Position numbers and translations under genes: made by a program. Shown here in pieces: positions 47,901 through 57,885 of a stretch of 64,000 nt of DNA. The notes beneath the pieces are model-generated. The model saw nothing but the letters and a program-made list of their open reading frames with translations. It had not been told where the DNA came from and did not search any database. Positions within the stretch are counted from its first letter, which is position 1. Each line of letters begins with the position of its first letter. The DNA comes from Candidatus Parcubacteria bacterium (lineage in GTDB: Bacteria > Patescibacteriota > Minisyncoccia > Phycocordibacterales > JAACPR01): positions 27,879 to 91,878 of the forward strand of contig JBEBBG010000007.1 in NCBI GenBank assembly GCA_041158505.1. Direction: 5' to 3'.

Positions 47901-48075
47901 CAACTGCCGAAGCGCCTGGATACACCGTACTTACCACCACGACAGGCACACGCACTTCCGGCGATGATTCTCGAGGAATTGAAATAAGACCAATCGCACC
48001 AAAAATAACGAGCGCAATGAGCACAATGTAGCTAAACTCTCTATTTTTAAGAAAAAAGCTCCAGACGTGATGCAT
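44980..48075 (-). CDS. RND (AcrB/HAE1-type) efflux transporter permease
   Basis: 1031 aa with 12 TM helices and two large loops. AcrB-like motifs. Confidence 0.9.
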   Translation of the reverse strand: MHHVWSFFLKNREFSYIVLIALVIFGAIGLISIPRESSPEVRVPVVVVSTVYPGASAVDVEELITNEIETALEGTLDDVKRVTSVSRESISSVTVEFDARADIDQSLQDVKDEIDKIKGDLPSDAQDPLVTDVNFIDQPIMTVSLVSDLPVTSLIALTEDVESELLKVPGVSKISISGVPTREAQIIVNQEALLAFGIGITDVVRAVQAANSSLPAGSIELSGTQYNVAFQGAITDPQELANITVTTRGGQPVYIRDIALVADGTSPVSTYARVSIDGVPSEPAVSLSIFKQGGGDVTRISDAVRAHLTELEGSLLSDTPYLITFDNGEFIKEDLRNLSSSALQTVALVMLVLFLALGWREAVIAGLSIPISFLIAFIGLYYSGNTINFISLFSLILSVGVLVDAAIVVTEAVHAKLRTASSNEAAALETIKEFHYPITTGTLTTIAVFAPLFLVSGVSGQFISGIPFTIIFVLLASLIVALGFVPLVSAVFLKARPENAIETKQEVYMNRFERWYRDLLGNFLDNTQSQKRFMWGMVVAFILALVLPFTGAIKVIFFDQEDIDFLFIEIERAEGVVLAETDLVARQVEEIVLTYPEVESFLVEVGRGSQFGAGGGLNEKLANVTLVLRKDREETSSEILARLQADLAPIATADVRASQPNNGPATGKPIAIKFLGDDLDTLALVANQAAEVLKETPGAISVDTSNKSDTSEFQLSVDRARASQVGLDAASIAFTLRTALFGTEATSIKANGEDIDVIVKLDVNQQFTTPETTNQATLDAVKALQVSTPQGPVLMGSLVTSTVGRGVQSIQHEDGQRISNVTADVAPGSTVGEVTAGFLERMEAVELPQGVTMEIGGETEESTQAFKEMALSLVVGLIAIAAILVLQFASFRQMWYIIAIVPLSLIGVFAGLALSGKALSFPSLMGFIALSGIVVNNSIILIDRMNKLRIDNPDWRMRDIVLEGAVSRLRPILLTSLTTIIGMVPLTFASDLWSPLAYAIMFGLTFAVVVTLLLVPMLYMRWPGKGGRTTE

Positions 48076-48078
48076 ACA

Positions 48079-49701
48079 CTACTGTACCGTTACTGCTTGC
48101 CCCTCTTTAAGACCGCGCGCGTCTCGAACAATCATATCGGTTGGCGTTAGACCATTGGTAATGATAATACCTTCACCAATAATTGAACCGATACTTACTG
48201 GTAACGCAACGAGCTTACCGTCGACTACCGTAAAGACAACGTTTCCATCAGTGGTAATTTTGAGAGCACTCAACGGAATCGTAATCACTCCATCAACTGC
48301 AGGTGTTGCGGTAACCGTGCGAGAAATTGAAAGTGCAACTGATTGTCCATTTGCAAACGGTGCATCTCCATCAACGCCGACAGCAACTTCTACTTTGCCT
48401 GTTTGTCGATTAACAGCAGGCGCGATTCGTGTCACCACTCCCTTGTACGTACCTTCAATAGAAACAGCAGCCCCAACAGCCACCGTCTTTCGATCTTGTT
48501 CATTAATAGAAGTAATGATTTCAAGCGCGCTATTATTTGCAACCATTGCGACCTCTTGCAATGGACTCACAAAATCACCTCGCTTGATATCAAGCTGATT
48601 CACTTCACCGGTAATAGGACTGCGAATGATTGTTTTTTCAAGCGACGCTTGTGCTGCAAGCACCCCAGCTTCTGCTTGAGTAACTTGCGCCTGGACAAGC
48701 TGCAGATCCTCGCCGCCGCCATTTGCTGCATCAATCTGACTACGAAGTGCATTGTATGAACTGACGAGACTGGTAAGTGATGCATTAACGCTTGAGCGCG
48801 CAATAGAAATATCAGAACGCCACTTATCAATGGTTCCCTGTGAAAGTCCGTTGTTTGGCTCAAAACCGTTTACCACCAGCGCCATGTTATCGAGGAACGT
48901 TCGTGTCTGCTCAAGGTTTCGTTGAGCAGTTAGCACGTACACAATGAGTGCATCGGTGCTCGAAACTGATTGAATAGACCCAAGCGACGCTGTCCACTCT
49001 GCAAACATGGTATTGAGCTCGGCACGCTGCTGCTGTGCGGTTTGCCGAATAAAGTAATCACTCGATGCAGTGGTAATTTCTGGGGTGCCGGTTTCAGCAT
49101 CTTTAATGAATTGATCGGCCTTATTGCGAACTGCGTCATCAGCAGTTGTAAATGAGCTGCGTACTGCCTCTTTAATCAACGTTCGTGAATCCTCTGAACC
49201 ATTCTGGAGCTTTGCGAGTTGTGCCTGAGCACCCTGGAGCACCCCTTGTGCACGAAGCACCTCTGCACGCTGCGCCGCATTCTCAACTTCAGCAATAATC
49301 TCTCCAGCTCGAACACTACTTCCCACCTCTTTGTTTACACGAGCAATTTCACCAGACGCTTCGGTGCGAATAATTGCTTCGGATTGTGATTCCACTTGCC
49401 CAATTGTTGGTAACGGCACAGTACCATGTGCGAGATCAAAAACACGTACAAGCTCAACTTGTTTTTGAGCAGGGGCAACAGGCTGCGCTGCTTCTTCCTG
49501 CCGAAGAAACGCCATGCGTCCAGCAATAATAACGATAAGCACTGCTGCGACATACAGAATACGTCGCCCCTCTTTTGAGTTCCAGAAACGTCGAATAGCC
49601 ATATACTGCTCATTCTGACACGTAAGACCTGTTTGGTCTAGAGAAAGAAATGTCCGATCAAAAGTCCAAGTGCAAGCCCAATTGCCGCGCCATAGAGCCA
49701 C
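48079..49701 (-). CDS. Efflux RND periplasmic adaptor (MFP/HlyD family) with an N-terminal extension
   Basis: Coiled-coil hairpin plus a beta-barrel pattern. It sits directly upstream of the RND pump. Confidence 0.75.
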   Translation of the reverse strand: MALWRGNWACTWTFDRTFLSLDQTGLTCQNEQYMAIRRFWNSKEGRRILYVAAVLIVIIAGRMAFLRQEEAAQPVAPAQKQVELVRVFDLAHGTVPLPTIGQVESQSEAIIRTEASGEIARVNKEVGSSVRAGEIIAEVENAAQRAEVLRAQGVLQGAQAQLAKLQNGSEDSRTLIKEAVRSSFTTADDAVRNKADQFIKDAETGTPEITTASSDYFIRQTAQQQRAELNTMFAEWTASLGSIQSVSSTDALIVYVLTAQRNLEQTRTFLDNMALVVNGFEPNNGLSQGTIDKWRSDISIARSSVNASLTSLVSSYNALRSQIDAANGGGEDLQLVQAQVTQAEAGVLAAQASLEKTIIRSPITGEVNQLDIKRGDFVSPLQEVAMVANNSALEIITSINEQDRKTVAVGAAVSIEGTYKGVVTRIAPAVNRQTGKVEVAVGVDGDAPFANGQSVALSISRTVTATPAVDGVITIPLSALKITTDGNVVFTVVDGKLVALPVSIGSIIGEGIIITNGLTPTDMIVRDARGLKEGQAVTVQ

Positions 49702-49755
49702 CCTTGTCGATGTGTGAGTTGTCGTACACCAAGTCTCATAGTAATACCTATTCTA

Positions 49756-51339
49756 CTATGGTTTTAGCATGCGTACCAACTTTTTTGCACGACGCTCCAT
49801 TGCGTCGACGTACTGCGTGATATCAGCCACAGCGTCGACCCCTGCGTCAGTCACAACATAGTGTCCATCAAACTGCATTGCTTCAACAAAGCGACGATCA
49901 TGCGACACTGCAATAATCGTTCCTGAAAATTGTCGAAGAGCCTCTTCAAGTGCCGCAGTCGCTTCGACATCGAGATGGTTTGTTGGTTCATCAAGAATGA
50001 GCGTATTAACCTGCATCGCCGCAAAGTATGCAAAGAGTAGACGCGCTCGGTTACCTGGACTGAGTGCCTTGATTGGCACCCCTGCCGCAACTTCTGAAAT
50101 ACCAAAATGCAGCAAGTGATTTTGAATAAGCTCACGATCCGCATCGATGTGTGCGCGCAAAAAGCCGATTGCGGTCTTGTCTTTTGGTAGCGACTCATGT
50201 TCTTGCATGAAATTACCAAACCGCACCCCAGAACCAATGTGCCGTTCACCAGATTTTGGCGGCACCATGCCAGTGATTGTTTTTAGAATAGTTGTTTTGC
50301 CAGACCCATTTGGACCAACGATACAAATACGGCGACCGTATCGTGCATCAAGAGAGAATGGTCCGACCGAAAATCCATGTTCGTACCCACAAATGATATC
50401 TTTGCAGACAATGTCTGTTGTTCCTGATTCAACCACAGCGTCAACTGCAAGTGAAAGTGTCCGTCGCTCTTGCGGTTTCGCAATGAAATCCATCCGCTTA
50501 ATACGACGATAGGTTATCTTTGCCTCATGAAATGATTTTCCTGCACGATTCTGCTTAAAGCCTTGCAACATTTTGTCATTATCGCTTGTCTTCCACGAAG
50601 ATCCGGCGCGGCCACGCTCCTGCTTATAGACTGCCAATTGCTTCAATCGTCCGAGTTCTTCTTGTTGTAACTCGTGCTCATGTGTTAAACGAGCATGCTC
50701 CTTTGCTCGCTCTGCCAAGTAATCTGAGTACCGCGCATTTGAAACATGTAGCTCATGCGTGTGCCAATCAATTTCAAATACCTTATTACTGACCGCATCA
50801 AGAAACGCTCGATCATGAGAAACAATAATGCACGCAATGTCGAGCGTTTGCAGGTAATCTTCAAGCCAAATGAGCGCAGGCAAGTCGAGGTTGTTTGTCG
50901 GCTCATCGAGGAGCAGCAAATCGGCATCTTGCAAAAGCATCTGCGCAAGAAACACTTTTGTTTTTTGTCCACTACTCAAGCTGCCAATTCGTTGCTCGAG
51001 CACTTGTTCAGGGAGCATAAAACCAGCAAGAAATACTGAGACCTTACGCCAGAATGCATCATCGGGAGCATCCGTAGCCGATGCCAATATATCTTTTACG
51101 AGAACATTACTCTGGGCGTGCGGGTCTTGTGGCACGTACGCAATCTTTGTGTCATCACGAGCCTGGAGCACGCCATTTGAGTACGATTCTTCTCCGGCCA
51201 AAATCCGTAGCAGCGTCGTCTTTCCCGAACCATTAAAACCCGTCAGCGCAACCTTATTGCCCCGTTCTAGGTTAAAAGAGATTTTATTGAGTACTACGTG
51301 ATCACCGAAGTACTTTGAAAGCTTGATAACTCGAAGCAT
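49756..51339 (-). CDS. ABC-F family ATPase (tandem ABC domains, no TMD)
   Basis: Two Walker A sites (GFNGSGKTT, GPNGSGKTT) and two LSGG signatures. Confidence 0.85.
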   Translation of the reverse strand: MLRVIKLSKYFGDHVVLNKISFNLERGNKVALTGFNGSGKTTLLRILAGEESYSNGVLQARDDTKIAYVPQDPHAQSNVLVKDILASATDAPDDAFWRKVSVFLAGFMLPEQVLEQRIGSLSSGQKTKVFLAQMLLQDADLLLLDEPTNNLDLPALIWLEDYLQTLDIACIIVSHDRAFLDAVSNKVFEIDWHTHELHVSNARYSDYLAERAKEHARLTHEHELQQEELGRLKQLAVYKQERGRAGSSWKTSDNDKMLQGFKQNRAGKSFHEAKITYRRIKRMDFIAKPQERRTLSLAVDAVVESGTTDIVCKDIICGYEHGFSVGPFSLDARYGRRICIVGPNGSGKTTILKTITGMVPPKSGERHIGSGVRFGNFMQEHESLPKDKTAIGFLRAHIDADRELIQNHLLHFGISEVAAGVPIKALSPGNRARLLFAYFAAMQVNTLILDEPTNHLDVEATAALEEALRQFSGTIIAVSHDRRFVEAMQFDGHYVVTDAGVDAVADITQYVDAMERRAKKLVRMLKP

Positions 51340-51373
51340 GTAGCTACCCTAGCACACCCTGTGGCTTTTTTCC

Positions 51374-52579
51374 TTATACTGTTGGCTGATCCTGTGCAGG
51401 GCCACCATTTGCAGCAGGTGTATCACCGTCATCTTCCCGATGACGAATCGCAAGGAGAAATAGCCCAACAAAGACAGCAGTAGCAACCCCAAGTGCAACC
51501 CAAACGAGCCACGGGTACCGCTCAGTCACACGACTTTCTTCCCCATCACAGACGTCACCTATACCATCGGTATCAGTATCTGCCTGATCTCGATTTGGTA
51601 CCTCGTGGCAATTGTCGGCAGCATTGACGTGACCATCTAAATCAAAATCATCACAGACATCACCGCGTCCATTTTCATCAATATCTTCCTGTTCTTCATT
51701 CGCATGTCGTGGACAGTTATCGTTTGCATCAGTTCGACCATCCATGTCAGAGTCCGCAGGTATGTAGAGAGGGTTCAGTTGACCCGCAGCGATAGAACCT
51801 TTTTGCACAGCCATTGCCGCACGCAAATCTCCTATCTCACCAAGCTGTTGATCCAAGATGACTTCAGGATTATAGAAGAGTGTGTAGTTACGCCCTGGAT
51901 ATGCCAAAAAACGAATCGGAACGTCCATGTACAAATCTGCTTCAGTTTGGAAAGCAAGTTCTGTAAGGCGGAGCGGCTGCTTGTATACAAGTGTCACCTC
52001 CCACACGCTTCCTTCTGTTTTTGGAAACACGATGCTATTTCCTGTCGGTGCAACTGGAGACAGTACGTACTTCATTCCCTCAGGAGTACCGACCTTAATA
52101 GAAACGAGTGTTGGCCGCACAACATACTGTGCAAGCGACATGCTCAGTTCATCACTAACGATTGGACGCTCAAACGTATACCGAAGGGTAACCCGGCTAT
52201 CGGCGCTTGCTGCATCAATTTCAAAATCAACGTGTGCGTCATGACGTTTATCAACGAGTGCCGACAGCTCAGCGTCCACCTGATCAATACGTTGTACTGA
52301 CACTGGCTCAACCGGAGAAGCGTTGCCCGTAATAAATGGAACAAACACTTCTTCTGTTTGATTGTACAGTCCGAGCGATTGACCTTGCTGCATGTAACCA
52401 GGCACCATAATGTCGACAGCTGTAGGTACAGAAATCTCTGGAATCGTTATGGTTGCTGCAGACGCAAAGCTTTGGAGCACTTCTTGCACACCCGCGTAAG
52501 TAGGTGTCGCAAGCAGCAGGCCACTCAAGACAGCTGCGTAAAACAATACAATCCTCTTATACATACGCGCCTTAGACAT
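51374..52579 (-). CDS. Secreted protein with thrombospondin type-3 Ca-binding repeats and a C-terminal TM anchor
   Basis: Signal peptide. Repeated D-x-D-x-DG-x-x-D-x-x-DNC units, then a C-terminal hydrophobic helix. Confidence 0.6.
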   Translation of the reverse strand: MSKARMYKRIVLFYAAVLSGLLLATPTYAGVQEVLQSFASAATITIPEISVPTAVDIMVPGYMQQGQSLGLYNQTEEVFVPFITGNASPVEPVSVQRIDQVDAELSALVDKRHDAHVDFEIDAASADSRVTLRYTFERPIVSDELSMSLAQYVVRPTLVSIKVGTPEGMKYVLSPVAPTGNSIVFPKTEGSVWEVTLVYKQPLRLTELAFQTEADLYMDVPIRFLAYPGRNYTLFYNPEVILDQQLGEIGDLRAAMAVQKGSIAAGQLNPLYIPADSDMDGRTDANDNCPRHANEEQEDIDENGRGDVCDDFDLDGHVNAADNCHEVPNRDQADTDTDGIGDVCDGEESRVTERYPWLVWVALGVATAVFVGLFLLAIRHREDDGDTPAANGGPAQDQPTV

Positions 52580-54296
52580 TGTGGTGATTATTACGTCGAA
52601 TAAAGGTTGTACTCACGAGTAGAATACCAATGACAAGGAAGGTAACAATTCTAAGCGCTAGCGGCATTTGCCACACATCAATAATCAAGAGACGAATGAT
52701 AACGAGCAGCAGAACAATAAATCCAAACGTTTTGAGTGCGCGCTGCTCGGTTGTTCTTCCTCGCAGGTAGGTAACAAGACCAATGATGGTGTAGAGCGCG
52801 AGTGAAATCATCGTTGCCACATCGTCAGTAAAGAGTGCGTGTGTTGCCAACCAAACATACGCAAATCCGTAAAAGGCCGCCGCCGAAAGATTCCAGATGT
52901 ACGCAGTTCGGACAGCTGAGGCAGTTGTACCAGGAACGTATCGAGCTGCAAGAAATCCACCAACAGCTAACAGCATAATCGTTGTAAGCAAGACAACAGC
53001 GCCATCTTGATGTGCAACCCCGTTATACCAGCTTGATGCAAACAAGCTACCAAATGCTGCCAGCACAGGCACCACCATCACCACTGAAAGCCGTGCGGTA
53101 TGCGGAAGACTTTTTGTTACAACGAACGTAAGCATCGTAACGATAGCCGCCTCAAGGATGAAGGCGATTGTAAGTACCGGCCCGCTCAACTCAATTGCGG
53201 TGGCAACACCAAGGAAGAGGATTGCAATGAGGCCATACATGTAGAAGAAGGTTTGTCGCTTAGCTGCGGCAGATACATACAAGCTACCTGCGGCAAAAAT
53301 AATCATCCAACCTGCAAGAAGTAAGCTCTGCAGTTCCGCAACAACAAGCCCAAGCGTCACGCTTAAAATAAGGAGTGCGTTACCAACCGCAATGGTGCCT
53401 GCCCCTGAGCCTCGCTCCTGCTGACTACGAACAACCGTAAATACGTTTGTTGTAAAGAATACAAGTGAGAGTAGTGATGTAATGACGACCACGGCAGTTC
53501 GGTCACTATCAGCAACCATATCACCAAACATGAACGGTAGTGCATACAAGAAGACGCCGAGCAGTGTAGCAACTGCGACGCTGCCCCATCCACGAAGCAC
53601 TGAGAGCCACACGAATCCAAGGGTGACTACACCAAGGTAACTAAAGAGTCCGACAGCAGAAGGTTCTGGCGTGTGCGTAAAGAGCGGCGCACAAAGTGCA
53701 ATCAATGCACCAAATACAGCCAGGCGTTCAAGATTCCATTTGTACGCAAGCACCGCAACGTACGCTGCAACAAGCACGCTAATACCGAGCACACTAATCG
53801 GATCAAGGAAGTTGTACACTGTTCGCGCAGCGTATGCAGTAATGAGCACAATTGCAGATCCAAGCACCACGAGCACTTGCGCCTCGCCCTTGCGAACCGC
53901 CATTCGCCATGCACCAAAGGCACAGAGCGCAGCACCAAAAACAAACCCGAGCAAAATGCGTCCAACTGGACCAATCCAATTATGGACAAACGCATAGCTT
54001 ACGAACCACCCAAAGGCGATCAAGATAAACAGTACACCGAGTTTTGAAAGCCAGTTCTCTTTGATCCATGCGCCAAGTGCATTTTCGGAATCGACGTCTG
54101 CTTGTGGCGCAGCAGGAGCCATTGGCATACCAGGTGGCGTACCGACGGCTTGCGGCATTGTTGGAAGCACAATAGGAGCCGATGTTGGAATAACGGCTTG
54201 CCCACTTCCACGTTCGAGACGCTTGATTCGATCGCTCAGCGTGCCAACTTTTATAAAGAGGACAACGAAGAGTATTACCCAGAGAAGATGAAACAT
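52572..54296 (-). CDS. DUF2339-like polytopic membrane protein
   Basis: A short N-terminal coiled coil, then ENWLSKLGVLFILIAFGWFVSYA and more than 14 TM helices. Confidence 0.5.
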   Translation of the reverse strand: MFHLLWVILFVVLFIKVGTLSDRIKRLERGSGQAVIPTSAPIVLPTMPQAVGTPPGMPMAPAAPQADVDSENALGAWIKENWLSKLGVLFILIAFGWFVSYAFVHNWIGPVGRILLGFVFGAALCAFGAWRMAVRKGEAQVLVVLGSAIVLITAYAARTVYNFLDPISVLGISVLVAAYVAVLAYKWNLERLAVFGALIALCAPLFTHTPEPSAVGLFSYLGVVTLGFVWLSVLRGWGSVAVATLLGVFLYALPFMFGDMVADSDRTAVVVITSLLSLVFFTTNVFTVVRSQQERGSGAGTIAVGNALLILSVTLGLVVAELQSLLLAGWMIIFAAGSLYVSAAAKRQTFFYMYGLIAILFLGVATAIELSGPVLTIAFILEAAIVTMLTFVVTKSLPHTARLSVVMVVPVLAAFGSLFASSWYNGVAHQDGAVVLLTTIMLLAVGGFLAARYVPGTTASAVRTAYIWNLSAAAFYGFAYVWLATHALFTDDVATMISLALYTIIGLVTYLRGRTTEQRALKTFGFIVLLLVIIRLLIIDVWQMPLALRIVTFLVIGILLVSTTFIRRNNHHNV

Positions 54297-54297
54297 A

Positions 54298-54678
54298 TTA
54301 TTGTGTTAGCTGATCATCACCAAAATTGTACGGCGCATTATTAGGATCAAACGGCTGACCGCAGGAAGTCATTGTTCGCTGTTCCTTGTCTGCGACGGTC
54401 ACCCGTTCGCCGGCAAAGAGGTAGCTGTACCGGTCATCGTCATACTGTGTTCGAGGAACATCCTCCTTACTGACAGTACGCGCAAGAACACCATCAACCA
54501 CAACTCGCATCGTGGTATCGCTCATAAATTCGGCCACAAAGTACGTACCATCCTCACAGATAAAAGATACCGCATTCGTTACCACAGCATTTGTCTGCTG
54601 CCCTGTTGGTTTTGCTAAAAATAGAAATAAACCGGCAACGACGATGAACAGTGCAGCAACGATGGGTTTCCACTTCAT
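54298..54678 (-). CDS. Membrane-anchored hypothetical (weak MliC-like)
   Basis: N-terminal TM/lipoprotein-like sequence, two Cys, 126 aa. Confidence 0.3.
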   Translation of the reverse strand: MKWKPIVAALFIVVAGLFLFLAKPTGQQTNAVVTNAVSFICEDGTYFVAEFMSDTTMRVVVDGVLARTVSKEDVPRTQYDDDRYSYLFAGERVTVADKEQRTMTSCGQPFDPNNAPYNFGDDQLTQ

Positions 54679-54763
54679 GGGTAACAGTTAGTACTAATAC
54701 ACTAATGAAAGCACACGCTCGCGCGTGTGCAACCATGCTATCCAGTTTCTAGAGAAACAAGAA

Positions 54764-54907
54764 TTACTTTTTATCTGCTGCAAGTGCTTTCTTTCGAGCA
54801 GCCGGCTTCATTGCCTTAAGCTCGAGCATGCGCTTTTTTGCAGCCATTCGCTTTGGACTCTTCTTTTTTGGTGTGGTTTTCTTCAAACCAGTTGGTCGTT
54901 TTGCCAT
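54764..54907 (-). CDS. Small lysine-rich basic protein (47 aa, MAKRPTGLKKTTPKKKSPKRMAAKKRMLELKAMKPAARKKALAADKK). Not in the ORF track.
   Basis: A clean ATG..TAA ORF in an otherwise empty intergenic gap. Confidence 0.35.
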   Translation of the reverse strand: MAKRPTGLKKTTPKKKSPKRMAAKKRMLELKAMKPAARKKALAADKK

Positions 54908-55240
54908 AACAGAAAGACTATACCTTACTTTATAAACTTAGTACAGCACTATGAACGCATGTGTTCAGCTTGCTCGCGCGCACAATCAACACCTTCACAC
55001 GGTCGGTCATGATCCCAACGCACACCCTTTGTATCGTTATACCAAGCAAGCGTCACAACAAGTAGCGCGAAAAATACAAGCACGAGCCACAGCACGGGTA
55101 CTTTTTTAATGTTTTTCATATGGATACAGTATAACGCGCAGATAGTTGTTGCACACAATACAGTCCACAAAAAGAAAATGCCGCGGACCGGAGGTCCGCG
55201 GCGATGAGACAGCGAGCAGTCGATGACCACCTCAACTGTC

Positions 55241-56263
55241 TCAGCGGTCGAACTGCGCGTCGAAGACGATATTCGACGGCGGAAAGTCCAGCTTCCGCAC
55301 GAATGCCGCCGATTCGGTGGCACCGAACTCACGATCCATCCCACCGTCTTCCCACTCGACCGACAGCGGCCCTTTGTAGCCGATGTCGTTCAGCGCACGG
55401 ATGATGCGCTCAAAGTCGATCCGGCCGCGCCCAACGGACTTGAAGTCCCAGAAGCGCTTGCGGTTGTGGAAGTCGACGTGACCACCGAACACTCCGGCAT
55501 CAGTCGGCACATTGGACCACCAGACGTCCTTCATGTGGACGTGGTTGATGCGGTCGGCGAAGCGGTAGATGAATTCGACGTAGTCGACACCCTGGTAGGC
55601 GAAATGGCTCGGATCATAGTTGAACCCGAACGCCGGATGGTAGTCAATCGCAGCAAGCGCGCGCTCGGCCGAGGCGATGTCGAAGGCGATTTCGGTCGGA
55701 TGGACCTCCAGGGCGAATTTCACACCGTTCTCCTTGAAGACGTCCATGATCGGACCGAAACGGCGAGCAAAATCCTTGAAGCCTACATCGATCTGCCCCG
55801 GAAGCACCGGCGGAAACGAGTAGACGAGGTGCCAGATCGAGGATCCAGTGAAACCGTTCACCACGCTGACGCCGAATTTCTTGGCGGCCACGGCAGTGCA
55901 CTTAAGCTCCTCAGCGGCGCGCTGGCGCACACCTTCGGGATCGCCGTCGCCCCAGATGTGGTCCGGGAGAATTTGCTGGTGGCGATCATCGATGTTGTCG
56001 CAGACGGCCTGTCCGACGAGGTGCGTGGAGATGGCGTAGCATTTCATACCACGCTCATCGAGATAGGTACGTTTTGCGGCACAATACTTCGGATCGGATT
56101 GGGCTTTGGCGACATTGAAGTGATCACCCCAGCAGCAGAGCTCGACACCCTCATAGCCCATCGCTTTTGCCGTGGGCACGATGGTTTCAAACGGGAGATC
56201 GGCCCACTGGCCGGTGAAAAGAGTGACAGGGCGCCCCGTGGACGTGGAGGTGGAATTGTTCAT
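55241..56263 (-). CDS. Sugar phosphate isomerase/epimerase (xylose-isomerase-like TIM barrel), high GC
   Basis: TIM-barrel pattern ([15 protein letters not shown]). About 60% GC. Start taken at [12 protein letters not shown]. Confidence 0.7.
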   Translation of the reverse strand: MNNSTSTSTGRPVTLFTGQWADLPFETIVPTAKAMGYEGVELCCWGDHFNVAKAQSDPKYCAAKRTYLDERGMKCYAISTHLVGQAVCDNIDDRHQQILPDHIWGDGDPEGVRQRAAEELKCTAVAAKKFGVSVVNGFTGSSIWHLVYSFPPVLPGQIDVGFKDFARRFGPIMDVFKENGVKFALEVHPTEIAFDIASAERALAAIDYHPAFGFNYDPSHFAYQGVDYVEFIYRFADRINHVHMKDVWWSNVPTDAGVFGGHVDFHNRKRFWDFKSVGRGRIDFERIIRALNDIGYKGPLSVEWEDGGMDREFGATESAAFVRKLDFPPSNIVFDAQFDR

Positions 56264-56540
56264 AGAGTCGGAGATATGGATTGATGGTGAGAACGAATAC
56301 GAAGCGCGACACAACCATGTGTTAGCTCGTAAGAACGTTTGGCAAAATACTACACATATTTTAAGGTTTGTCGAGTCTCCCCGTGAACCACACTCCTCTC
56401 TATAGATAGACAGACTGCGGCCATATTGACTCCCCCGTCAAACCAACGTAGAGTTCCTCCGGAATGCACGGGACCGTGCAGCACAAGAAAAACTCAATAC
56501 TGGTGGGCAGCCAGGGTAAAAAACGCCGCTTCGTTGTTGT

Positions 56541-57752
56541 ATGAAAACTCTACGAAAAATTCGAATTGGCATGGTCGGTGGCGGCCCTGGCGCCTTCATC
56601 GGCGCAGTCCATCTGCGTGCCATGGCACTCACAGGCAGTTTCGAACTTGTCTGCGGTGCATTCAGCTCGGACCCCGAGAAATCGAAAGCACGGGGCGCAG
56701 AGCTTCGTCTCCCAACGGAACGTGTCTACGATTCCTGGAAGGAAATGCTCGACATGGAGGCGAAACTTCCCAAAGGAGAACGGATGGATGCGGTTGTCAT
56801 TGTGACACCCAACCATCTTCACTTCGACGTTGCCCTCGCGGCAATCAAACGAGCCTTTCACGTCATCTGCGACAAACCTGCAACACATCGGCTCGAGGAT
56901 GTTCTGGCGCTGGAACAGCGATGGCAGCAGGTCTGCGCCGAACGCTTTGACAGGGGCAGAGAAGAACCAATTTTCTGCATCACGCACAACTACACCGGCT
57001 ACCCGATGGTGCGGCAGGCACGCTCCATCATTGCCAGTGGCGAACTCGGAAAAGTTCGCGCCATCAGAGCTCGCTATCTGCAAGGATGGCTTGCCACTTC
57101 CCTCGAGCACACCGGTCAAAAGCAGGCGGACTGGCGTACTGACCCTGAACGCTCAGGTGCGGCCGGCGCAATCGGAGACATTGGCGTCCACGCCTACAAC
57201 CTGATGCGCTTCATCTGCCCCAAACTGGAGGTGAATGAACTTTGCGCTGATCTCCGTACCGCAGTCAGGGACCGGAGACTCGATGACAACGCTTCGATTT
57301 GGTTGGACTTGGGCGTGGAAGACCAGGTCCATGCTTCAATCGAAGTCTCCCAGGTTGCCGTCGGTCACGAAAACGATCTCGAGATTGAAATCGACTGTGA
57401 ACGAGGCGGGCTCTCCTGGAGACAGGAAGAGCCCAATAGCCTCTACGTTCATCGGCTCGATGGCCCAAGTCGTATCGAACGCGCGAGCGCTGGCTACCTG
57501 CACGAATCTGCTCTGAAGAGCTGCATGCTGCCTCCTGGACATACTGAAGGATTCCTGGAGTCATTTGCGAACATCTACGTCGCCTTTTCGCAGCAGTTCC
57601 ACGGCAACACTGACAATGGAGGTTTGGCCTCACTGATGCCTTCCATGGCGGAGGCGGTCGAGGGCATGCGGTTCATTGCAGCGTGTGTTCAAAGCTCTGA
57701 CAGTGGCCTTAGCTGGGTTAACCCAAGCACACTGGTGTCTGACACTGAGTGA
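56541..57752 (+). CDS. Gfo/Idh/MocA family oxidoreductase, high GC
   Basis: N-terminal Rossmann IRIGMVGGGPGAFIGAVH and the C-terminal GFO_IDH_MocA_C pattern. Confidence 0.85.
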   Translation: MKTLRKIRIGMVGGGPGAFIGAVHLRAMALTGSFELVCGAFSSDPEKSKARGAELRLPTERVYDSWKEMLDMEAKLPKGERMDAVVIVTPNHLHFDVALAAIKRAFHVICDKPATHRLEDVLALEQRWQQVCAERFDRGREEPIFCITHNYTGYPMVRQARSIIASGELGKVRAIRARYLQGWLATSLEHTGQKQADWRTDPERSGAAGAIGDIGVHAYNLMRFICPKLEVNELCADLRTAVRDRRLDDNASIWLDLGVEDQVHASIEVSQVAVGHENDLEIEIDCERGGLSWRQEEPNSLYVHRLDGPSRIERASAGYLHESALKSCMLPPGHTEGFLESFANIYVAFSQQFHGNTDNGGLASLMPSMAEAVEGMRFIAACVQSSDSGLSWVNPSTLVSDTE

Positions 57753-57885
57753 GAAGCAACACCTTCCCCATCCACACCCACCCCCGGCTCGTCCGCGGGT
57801 GGTGTTTTTCTTTTCTACGCTACCTGCTGCAGAACTTTTTTCAGCCTGTCTGTCTGTTTACCGCATGCTACAATAGTGACACTTT

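Noticed and set aside
44980-49701. Flagging the RND pump and adaptor as anomalous for lack of an outer-membrane factor
   Set aside because: The absence of an OMF within this window is not evidence that one is missing from the genome, and two-component RND systems occur in monoderms.
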